IMG/VR virus record: IMGVR_UViG_3300018045_000005
Span: 1 to 53,304 of that record
DNA from: a virus
Lineage: Duplodnaviria; Caudoviricetes
Reading direction: 5' to 3' (one strand)
DNA: 53,304 nt
The notes beneath the pieces are model-generated. The model was not told the DNA's origin and ran no database searches. It worked only from the letters and a program-made list of their open reading frames with translations. Position numbers and translations under genes: made by a program. Below, one piece after another: positions 25,211 to 34,100 of the stretch; within the stretch, counting starts at the first letter, position 1, and each line of letters begins with the position of its first letter.

Positions 25211-27861
25211 TCTTCAATAACCTCACCCGTGAATAAATAGACTGGTTGTTCAATAACCTCAAGAGTATCGTTACCAATAACAGCAAACCCGTCAGCATTT
25301 GCGTCAGTATTCACCTCAGATAAGGTATCCCCATCCCAATCAATAGCTTGTTCTAAAACAGACTGTAAACCGTGATAGTAACCGTTAACTGCTAAACCTG
25401 ATGTTGTCGCAGTGGTGTTACCTAAAGTATCAAGAGTATCGTTAAGCAGCGGGTAAAAAGAGATCATGCCAGTTTTATCAACTAATTCAGGCGTCTGTTC
25501 AATTAACTTATGATCTAATGCTTTTTGTTTATAACTATAAGGTAGTACATCACCGATAAACTGTTCAAATTGTAATCCACGTTCTAAGTAGGGTACTTCT
25601 TCAATCAATATTTTATCTAGTTCTACAAGTTGTGAAGCTGAGTCTAACATTCCGGTAATAGGTGCTCTGTAATAAGCCTTTACATTAGTTTCAGTATCAA
25701 AAATAGTCTGAAAACTACTACCATCAACGGCTGTTAATACAACTTCTTCATTAATAGTATCGATAACTCCATTACACGGGATATTTGTAAGATAGGTACT
25801 GTAAGTAACACGTACATATTCCACTTCAGTACCATTACCTACAGTCCTTACATTACCACCGTGTGCTGACATATATGGCATACGTATCTCTAACCCATCT
25901 TGGGAGATATAAGCATTTCTGAACTTAGGGTTTTGATAGTCTCTTTTACTTGCAAGCCACGCGGCTGTAACACCAATACTAGTTGCAATTCTACCATTAC
26001 CAGTAACACCAGCTAATTGATGTGGCCCACTAACACCGTCCATCTGACAGTCAAAGTTTTGAGCACCTATCACTATTTTATTAGACACTTCATTGATTAA
26101 CTCTTCACGCCACAATGCGTTTTGTCTATCACGCAAACCATCGTTAGAGCTAACGTAGGCACTAGGTGCTGTATCGTCTTCATGTCTAACATGACCTGAC
26201 ACACCTATACCACCAATCGTAAAAAAGTCATTCAAGTGTTTGTAAGTCACCCCAGTGTAACCCACTCCTGTGTTGAACATTAACCCTCTAACTTGTTCTA
26301 CATAATCTGAGCCGACTTGACCCGCATCACTTGTACCCCAGTTAATAACAAAATTCATAATGTCGTTATTTATCATATAGGTTAACGTGCTGACTTGCCC
26401 TGAACCGAAAGTACCATCACCTATGATAGGTATACTGTCATCGCCTAAATTATTGTTTAACCAATCTAAATGACCTGTACCGTTGTCTTGCATACGCACC
26501 CATATAACGGGTGTATCACCCATAAATTTCTGCCAGTGCTCTTGCATGATATAGACACTGTTACGATATGTATTTGGTGCGTCTAATTTATTAACCACCC
26601 CTTTATTAATATAGTAACCTCTACCTCCGTGTGTAACCGTCGGTAATGAAGACTTATCAGCAGTGTATTCACCTAACAAAATGGACATTTGGGATTGCCC
26701 TAAGATAGCTATTGCTGGTGCAACAACTAATTCTGCTCTACCCTCAAATACCGCATTAGGGTTGTTAGATGGTCTAGCTTCAACATGATAGATGTTAGGG
26801 TCGGTGACAGTAATTGTCCCACTAAAGCTAGTAGTTGGTGCGTTATCTAATAACACCCAATCTTGAACAACTGTTAAGTTTTGTGCGTTTAAAAGCCTAA
26901 CTTCAACACCTGTTACTGTTCCAGATACATGACCTGAGATAGTCACGCTGACTGGTTGAATACCCGTTCTGGAAATCTCCATAGACCAAAGGTTGTATTT
27001 CTCTTCATGTACCACTACTGAACCAGCACTGTCTACAGGGATAGGGTTTGAAGTTACCTTTATTAGATTATTAATAGGGTCAAGGAGAACAATATCGTCA
27101 TACAGCGTATCTTGCGTAGATGAGGGCTGTAAACCTGTACCTAAATCATTTAAGGTTCTGTAACATTCAAGCTGTAACGGGAATAGAGTGTCCGGATGAA
27201 CACCATCTAAAATAAAGCTTTGTAACTTAGTCTCTACATCTACTATGTCATCATCAGCTTTAATAACTAAGAAATGTCCTATTTTCTCACGCCAGTTTTC
27301 AGCAGTATTATCATCTACATTAGGTGCGTAAATTCCACCTAAGTAGTGGTTAGTGTAATTAACATCATGTGTTTGAATACCGCATAATAAACTTGATACG
27401 GTATCACCATAAGTTATAGTGCCGTCTGACGCAATAAGGTTTAATCGCCAATCGTACAGTCCAGCAACACTATCATATACTTTCTCAACATACACCCATT
27501 CACAGTTATCTAACGTCACCTCTTGACTTCTGATCGTAACGGTTGTTTGGGTTGCACCAGCACAGCCGTTATATTTACTCTTAGACGTGAGGGTGAATTT
27601 ATTATCGTCAGTGTCTAAACCTAATAATGTTCTACCATTACTACTTGTAGCACCATTACCAAATAAAACTAAAAATCCATTCGCACCAGCGTTTACATCT
27701 AATAGTACATTTCTTTTGAGAGGGTTACCGCAGTTAATTAAGATACCACCGTACACGCTGTTAGACATAAAGAATGTATTACCGTCTGTACGCTTTATGT
27801 ACATTCGATTGTCATTCACATCATCGTACTTGTTGTTTAAATCAGGAAGTTGAATACTCAT
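25207..27861 (-). CDS. Putative virion-associated SGNH-type polysaccharide deacetylase with beta-rich domains
   Basis: ILGQSQM (block I), NWGTSD (block III), DGVSGPH (block V). Confidence 0.6.
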   Translation of the reverse strand: MSIQLPDLNNKYDDVNDNRMYIKRTDGNTFFMSNSVYGGILINCGNPLKRNVLLDVNAGANGFLVLFGNGATSSNGRTLLGLDTDDNKFTLTSKSKYNGCAGATQTTVTIRSQEVTLDNCEWVYVEKVYDSVAGLYDWRLNLIASDGTITYGDTVSSLLCGIQTHDVNYTNHYLGGIYAPNVDDNTAENWREKIGHFLVIKADDDIVDVETKLQSFILDGVHPDTLFPLQLECYRTLNDLGTGLQPSSTQDTLYDDIVLLDPINNLIKVTSNPIPVDSAGSVVVHEEKYNLWSMEISRTGIQPVSVTISGHVSGTVTGVEVRLLNAQNLTVVQDWVLLDNAPTTSFSGTITVTDPNIYHVEARPSNNPNAVFEGRAELVVAPAIAILGQSQMSILLGEYTADKSSLPTVTHGGRGYYINKGVVNKLDAPNTYRNSVYIMQEHWQKFMGDTPVIWVRMQDNGTGHLDWLNNNLGDDSIPIIGDGTFGSGQVSTLTYMINNDIMNFVINWGTSDAGQVGSDYVEQVRGLMFNTGVGYTGVTYKHLNDFFTIGGIGVSGHVRHEDDTAPSAYVSSNDGLRDRQNALWREELINEVSNKIVIGAQNFDCQMDGVSGPHQLAGVTGNGRIATSIGVTAAWLASKRDYQNPKFRNAYISQDGLEIRMPYMSAHGGNVRTVGNGTEVEYVRVTYSTYLTNIPCNGVIDTINEEVVLTAVDGSSFQTIFDTETNVKAYYRAPITGMLDSASQLVELDKILIEEVPYLERGLQFEQFIGDVLPYSYKQKALDHKLIEQTPELVDKTGMISFYPLLNDTLDTLGNTTATTSGLAVNGYYHGLQSVLEQAIDWDGDTLSEVNTDANADGFAVIGNDTLEVIEQPVYLFTGEVIEE

Positions 27862-28202
27862 ACTGTCACCATTAAATTGTTCACTGGATTGTAGTGAGTG
27901 AACACGTAGCTGGATACTTCAGCGTCTACCACTTGTTCCACCATCTTCCCCGTGATTAAATCATTTGCGTAAATAGCAAACACGTAAGTCGGTGTTTGAA
28001 AAGTAATATTAAACCCGTCATCAACCTCAACACCAGAACCAGTTTTAAGTACGATATTAACTTCACCACTACCTTCATTTACTATATCACGAGTACCAGT
28101 TATATAATTGATACTCGTATTACCAGTAAATTTATAAATTAGTGATTGCATAAGTGTCTGCAATGGTGAACCCATTCCTAGATTCAAGTCGAGATTGAAC
28201 AT
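27858..28202 (-). CDS. Hypothetical structural/adaptor protein
   Basis: 114 aa, beta-rich, N-terminal FNLDLNLG; coupled to the spike gene. Confidence 0.6.
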   Translation of the reverse strand: MFNLDLNLGMGSPLQTLMQSLIYKFTGNTSINYITGTRDIVNEGSGEVNIVLKTGSGVEVDDGFNITFQTPTYVFAIYANDLITGKMVEQVVDAEVSSYVFTHYNPVNNLMVTV

Positions 28203-28204
28203 AT

Positions 28205-28468
28205 TTACATCACCTGGATCAATACTGGTCCGTTAATTGAGAAATCTAAATCTTTAGTAAGACCCGTTACAACCCACGGTTGGATGGTATCAGTCGTACC
28301 GTCTTTAGTAATAGTGACAATTTGACTCGAACGGAAAGCTACGAATTCTGACAAATTACGTGTTTGACCGTCGATACTAATAGTAGTCCCATTAGCACTA
28401 CCGATATGACTAATCTTAAAAGCTTGGATGTTTTCGTTATCGTAATTTTTAGGTAAGCCGTTATTCAT
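28205..28468 (-). CDS. Hypothetical structural protein
   Basis: Start moved to ATG 28468 (MNNGLPK) after AAGGTG. Confidence 0.65.
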   Translation of the reverse strand: MNNGLPKNYDNENIQAFKISHIGSANGTTISIDGQTRNLSEFVAFRSSQIVTITKDGTTDTIQPWVVTGLTKDLDFSINGPVLIQVM

Positions 28469-28613
28469 CTTCTTCACCTTTCCCCTTATCTTCAGGTTGA
28501 TTCGCTTGTTCAATAATCGTATTAATCAATACGTTCACTTCACGGTGTGGTTGATCTTGTAATACGTTCAAAACATACTGTGCTTGTTCCGGTGTTAATT
28601 CTAATTTAACCAT
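28461..28613 (-). CDS. Small hypothetical protein (50 aa, not in the ORF track)
   Basis: MVKLELTPEQAQYVLNVLQDQPHREVNVLINTIIEQA... Confidence 0.65.
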   Translation of the reverse strand: MVKLELTPEQAQYVLNVLQDQPHREVNVLINTIIEQANQPEDKGKGEEDE

Positions 28614-28633
28614 TTTCTACGTTCTCATTTTAG

Positions 28634-28933
28634 TTATTTACGGATAATGGTGTCACGGTATAATTTTACACCGATAACCATGATTTTACTTATCATATCA
28701 TTAGGTAAAAGTTCTTCAAATATTTTATTCCCTTCACCCCATTCACCTTGTTCAGTTAAATAGTCGTGAAATATCACGGCTTTAATGTATCTAGGATCGA
28801 AACGATTGATGAATATACCGATCAGACGGTATTTATAACTGATACCGTTTGTTTTAAAACCGATAGGTACAACCGTAGAACCGTGTATCAATAGTTTGGT
28901 AGTTTGGTAATGTTTACCGCAAGGTTCTATCAT
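28634..28933 (-). CDS. DUF1353-like protein
   Basis: VPIGFKTNGIS and AVIFHDYL motifs; tail-fiber neighbourhood. Confidence 0.7.
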   Translation of the reverse strand: MIEPCGKHYQTTKLLIHGSTVVPIGFKTNGISYKYRLIGIFINRFDPRYIKAVIFHDYLTEQGEWGEGNKIFEELLPNDMISKIMVIGVKLYRDTIIRK

Positions 28934-28935
28934 GA

Positions 28936-29313
28936 TTAAAACTCTAAGTCATAAGTGAATTGAAGGTTGATCACATCATAGTTATCGGTCAATTTACCAA
29001 AAGGCCATGATGTTTCAACCCTTATGTTTTTGTAAGTTAATGAATTTTTAGGGTAAATCGTGTATTCACCACTCACTGCTTTAGGGTTATCCTCATAACC
29101 GTTAGCGGCAATCACACCTAAACCGTAATAACCCCAGTGTTTTGAGACTGAAGCCATTACGGATAATTTATCATAACTATTTTGATACGCACCGATACCG
29201 TAAGTAAAGTTATCAGTGTATTCTACTGCCGCGCCATAATTTTCATTATTGAACAATTCATTATCATCTGAATGAAGTGACAGCGTGATTAATATTAACT
29301 GTAATGTTGTCAT
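28936..29313 (-). CDS. Small outer-membrane beta-barrel-like protein (PagP-like pattern)
   Basis: SLH...NNENYG...Y...GAYQNSY...S...G...GY; alternating strands; C-terminal YDLEF. Confidence 0.55.
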   Translation of the reverse strand: MTTLQLILITLSLHSDDNELFNNENYGAAVEYTDNFTYGIGAYQNSYDKLSVMASVSKHWGYYGLGVIAANGYEDNPKAVSGEYTIYPKNSLTYKNIRVETSWPFGKLTDNYDVINLQFTYDLEF

Positions 29314-29319
29314 TTTAAT

Positions 29320-29721
29320 TTACCCGTTAAAAACAGGTAACTCAGTCAGAAACTCTACTGTTGTCGGTATTGTTCTATCGCCACTTTTTAACAATACTAT
29401 CTGTGCTTCACAATAGACCCATACTTCAGCTTCATAAGCACCCAACGCTTCAGCATTATTACGAAAAATATTATCATAACCTACATACTTAGAGTAATTT
29501 ATACGAGACGAGTATCCATTATCAGTAATCAACTGACTTAACATTGACTCAACCGCTTGATTAATATCACCTATTAGTTGATCCAGTGTTTTTTTAGAGT
29601 GATTGATTGCGTTTACATCGTCAATCGTTATTTCAACCATGTTGTCTTTAATTAAATGATTCTGTGATCCGTCCGGTTCAAAACCAAAAATTTCATCATT
29701 ATCGTCTTTAAAATATTTCAT
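29320..29721 (-). CDS. Tail fiber assembly/chaperone-like protein
   Basis: Follows the fiber; MKYFKD..F..DGSQ, GY, VW.YC, P...EF..ELP. Confidence 0.65.
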   Translation of the reverse strand: MKYFKDDNDEIFGFEPDGSQNHLIKDNMVEITIDDVNAINHSKKTLDQLIGDINQAVESMLSQLITDNGYSSRINYSKYVGYDNIFRNNAEALGAYEAEVWVYCEAQIVLLKSGDRTIPTTVEFLTELPVFNG

Positions 29722-29725
29722 TTTT

Positions 29726-31189
29726 CTACCTCAGTTCAATCCAGTTATAAATTGTACCGCCTACTACCTTATATGAAGCATCTGTTGGGATTATTACCAT
29801 CCCCCCGTATAAGGAAAGCCCTATTGCTTGGGTCCATACCGCCCCGCCACTTGTAGTTACTTGAAAGGAGCTATTTGAATCACCACGGTAGTAAACTTGT
29901 ATAGGTCGGCCTGTACTGTTGTTATACTGCACGCCTACACTTCTTGATACGTTTTGCCATGATTGATTTGAACCTAATACTGGTATTACTTCGTTACCAC
30001 CGTTACCCTTGTACAATCTTAACTCACCGGAAGAAACCCTAACGGTATCACTATCTGCCAAGGCTTGATTGTCATTTTTAGTGACCGCATTCAAAGCTGT
30101 TGCAACTTGAGCGGGGGTCGATGGGCGCAAATAGTTATCAGTGGTAAAATTCACCTGTGTCATTATGTAATTGATATTAGCATTAGCAGTGGTATATTCT
30201 GATCTAAATAATCTAGCGTTAATATCACCTGCCGCACTTCTTACAGCTATCGCATTACCTGTTGAAGTTTGAGTAATACCCCACCCGTTTAAAGTACCAT
30301 TCAAAGTGGTATTTTTTTGTAATGTTATAGCTGTCTCAGTCAACTTAACAATTTCTGTTAAAGCTGTAGCCGCACCCCCTGTGACACTACTTTTCATCTC
30401 GATTGACATCGTTGCGGTATTATTATCAGTAGATGTCTCAATACGGTAAGCAGAACCGTTTTGTTCAGGAATACCGTTTTGGTGATTGAAGGTTACGTTA
30501 GCGTTACCGTAATTATCATTGATTGTAAGTGCTACACCTCCTGAACCCTTACCGGATACAATGTCACCGTAACTGATCAAATCCACACCGTCGATTCTAA
30601 GTCTAGCGTTTAACCCTTCACGAAATGATAATGAGTTTTCATTATCAGGACGTATAGACCAATCCGAACCAGCATTACCACCTGATAACTTTAATTCACC
30701 ACCAACTTCACCAGAACCGCTATTCTTATGGATCATCACGCTGGATTCGACCTGAAGTACATCAGTACCGTTATCCGTGGTTAAACCGATAAGAGTATTA
30801 CCACCATATAAGGTAGCGGCACCCGCTCTTAAATTCGCTTGACCGACCGAACCTTGAGCCAATCCGTTTACGAAATGCCAAGTACCTGTAGCTTCATGAA
30901 ACCAAAAGTGATCAATATCTGAAGCAGAAGTGTAATTAGCTATTAACGCATTACCCTGCATATCAATGTTAAGCGTCTTAACGTTACCAAGATTATATTC
31001 ACTTGATAAATCAACCCAATTAACACCGTCAAACTTTTCAAACTTATTAGTACCACTGTTCCAGTGAATATAACCTATTGGTGGATTAGCAGGTTTTGAC
31101 ATCTTAGCTAAATCTTCACTTCGATCTTGCAATAGACCCAAAATGTTAGATTTAAGATTTGTATTTTGAGGGCTTAACCAATCAGCCAT
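29726..31189 (-). CDS. Tail fiber protein
   Basis: Gly/Asn/Thr-rich; GDINARLFRS; C-terminal QSWQNV.R..GV.Y.N.TGRPI.V...W.ELR. Confidence 0.85.
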   Translation of the reverse strand: MADWLSPQNTNLKSNILGLLQDRSEDLAKMSKPANPPIGYIHWNSGTNKFEKFDGVNWVDLSSEYNLGNVKTLNIDMQGNALIANYTSASDIDHFWFHEATGTWHFVNGLAQGSVGQANLRAGAATLYGGNTLIGLTTDNGTDVLQVESSVMIHKNSGSGEVGGELKLSGGNAGSDWSIRPDNENSLSFREGLNARLRIDGVDLISYGDIVSGKGSGGVALTINDNYGNANVTFNHQNGIPEQNGSAYRIETSTDNNTATMSIEMKSSVTGGAATALTEIVKLTETAITLQKNTTLNGTLNGWGITQTSTGNAIAVRSAAGDINARLFRSEYTTANANINYIMTQVNFTTDNYLRPSTPAQVATALNAVTKNDNQALADSDTVRVSSGELRLYKGNGGNEVIPVLGSNQSWQNVSRSVGVQYNNSTGRPIQVYYRGDSNSSFQVTTSGGAVWTQAIGLSLYGGMVIIPTDASYKVVGGTIYNWIELR

Positions 31190-31190
31190 T

Positions 31191-34100
31191 TTAATATCCT
31201 CGTGCTATCCAACTGAAATCACCAGTTGTTTTAGTATTAGTTTCATCTAAAAGATAAACAGTAAATTCAGTTGGGTTCGCTTCGTCTAAGAAATCCACAA
31301 TCGCATTAGTGGCGGTGCCACCGTATAAAGCTGTAGGTACAATACTGATAATATCAATGAAATCAACATTGAATGTTTGTAATGACCCTGTAGCCGCATT
31401 GGTAATTGTACCCTTACCAGCATCATTTTTTAACTTACTATCGAGTTTAACTTCCAATCTGTCAAAAATAACCTGATCGTTAATATCACCTGAAGTTGTA
31501 ATATCGATGGTAAACCTTAAATATCTAAAATTGGTAGCGTATACCGACCAGTTATCGACGTAGGTAATCCATATTACACCATCCGCTGATACTTCAATCG
31601 TCGGTGCCACCGTGACCGTACCTGTCACTCTCAAGTAACTTGGTGTAAGGTTGATCAAAGTGGCTGGTAAAATAGCACCGTAGTCATATTCTTCGGTATA
31701 TGAAGCTGTTGTTAAACCTTGACCTTCCAACCAGTTAGTAAAACCTACGTCTAATTCATCTTGAATTGTACTATAACCATTAGCTAAGTAATCAGACCAT
31801 AATTCGTCTAAGCTGACAGGTGCTATTAACTTACCGTTATCTTCGAGACAGTTAACCTTAGTACCTAGAAATTCACTATCAAATTTAACGTTAAGTACAT
31901 AATCTGGTGGTTGAGCAACATTAGCCGTAAAACTACCAACATCTGAGCGATTACCCGCCACGTCGATAGCTGTCACATTATACGTATAAAGACCACCTGA
32001 GTTTTCAAATAGCAGATGGAAGTTACTTGCACTCTCACCAACAATCTCACCACCTCGTTCAATCTCGTAAGATTCAATCGGTATGGTTCCAACCTGACTT
32101 ACGAATTTGAGTAGCACGTTGTTATCAATTACTTCAGCGGTCACCACTGGTGTACTAGGTTTAACAATATTGATACTTAACGCTTTAGCATTATCGCTGT
32201 AAAGACCGCTTGTATCAATGGCTTTAACTAACCATGTGTGATCACCTATGATGTCGGCTGGTCTATCCCATGATGTCGTTTTAATACGATCAATAAATAA
32301 TGCGGTATCCCATGTCGGACCTTTACGTAATTCATATTCTCTAATATCAGGGTCGGTTACAGCATCCCATGATACTGATAAATGTCTATCAACAACTGAT
32401 ACTTGACCTACTGTAACGTCTGATGGTGGTTCAGTTTTACCAATAACAATGTGGGTAGTACAAGCACACTCTGAATACACCCCGATGACATAGAAGGCTC
32501 TTACTCTAATATCGTAGCTGACACCATCATTAAGCGGTGATAAGTGGGTTTCAGTTGTATCACCTGGTACAACTAATGTCTGCCATTCCACGTCGGTTTC
32601 ACGCTTAAATGAGACGTTATAGTTAAACGGTTCAATTTTAGTAGCCGGACTACCCCAATCAACAAATACTCTTGAAACAATAGTACCGTCGGCTTGACGT
32701 AATAAATGATCAGTACCACTCTGTACATCGTTAATAGTGGGTCTAGCGTTCACATCTACGTAATCTAAAATATCAAACGCTTTAACCGTCTTCTTAGGGT
32801 TGTTACGAGAGTATTTACCTGTCTCTGAGACAGCTACTAATTCAACTTCGTAATATGAGCCACTTTCAATATTTTGACCTAATACGTACAACTGTGTATC
32901 GTTTGAGCCAACTGAAACTTTACGAACAACACCTTTCGTATACTTACCGGACTCAATCAAACTAACATCAGTAGTAAGTATTTCAGCGTATCTAATCTCA
33001 ACTCTCTCAACAGGTGTAGCGGATGATTGAATCAACCAACCCACATCGATTGTTGATGAATATGAGTTATCAGGGTTACGTACAAAGTTATCAATGTCAC
33101 TTTCTAAAACTGAGAATAACGGGGGTGACGGTTCTCTCAAACTTGGTGGTACGGTGATACCTGTCTCAAAGTCTGGGATAACACCTGTCCAAGCGTCAAA
33201 TATATCATGTGCCGCATCTACCATAGTCACCGTCGCGTTATAGTCACCAGCACGAGTGATGTTAGTCACTTTAGCATCGATTGATACCTTATCTGACTCA
33301 CCGAATGAGAATAGGTCACCGTCGTTAACACCCGCAACTTGAGTCCAATCTACAATGTTGGTTTCACTTGGATCACCAGAAACGTTGAAGGTCACCGTCG
33401 TACCATCCTGCTTACGAACGAGCATTGAATAGGTTTTACCAGCTTCAATCACCACTCGTTCGTCTAAGGTCAACTCAGTAGCCGTCATGGACTTAATACG
33501 CCCCCAATGCAGACTCACCAACATAGTGTCATAGGTCAACTTAACAGTATCACCATTGGTGTATGTGATCGACTCAATATCCAGATCAACATTGTAAGTT
33601 TCCGGTCGTAATTTAACTTGTGCTAAATGGTATCGTCCAAACTTCCAAGCGTGTTCATGATTACTAATACCCTGTGTGGTCAAAACCTCAAACTTAGTAG
33701 CGTTGGTAATATCATAACCATCGTTGTAAACAATGATTTCATCCTTCTGATTGATGTCAGGGTTGATGAATTCGACACGAAAAGCATGTGGTATATCGAT
33801 AAACTGTTTAGTGGCACTGAACCCATTTGAGTTACGAGGTGTGATCACATGGCTGTATGGTTGCTGTACATCACGAATCACGGTGAACTTATCTGCTTCA
33901 ATATCAAACTTACCAAAACCTGCCGCTGAAATAATTCTTAAACGTTGAGGTAAAGTTTCATCTTTAGAGTGAACCCAGTTATAAGTGATATTGTTCAACT
34001 CACACCAATCGTACCAGTTCTTCAATTTATAAAAATCAATTCTCGATTCATCTATAACATGAAGATTTTGAACCCCAGTCATCGCTTCTAAATAACAGCT

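Noticed and set aside
23534-31189. Diversity-generating retroelement behind the shared spike C-termini
   Set aside because: No reverse transcriptase gene; both copies are coding and their differences are not confined to adenines.
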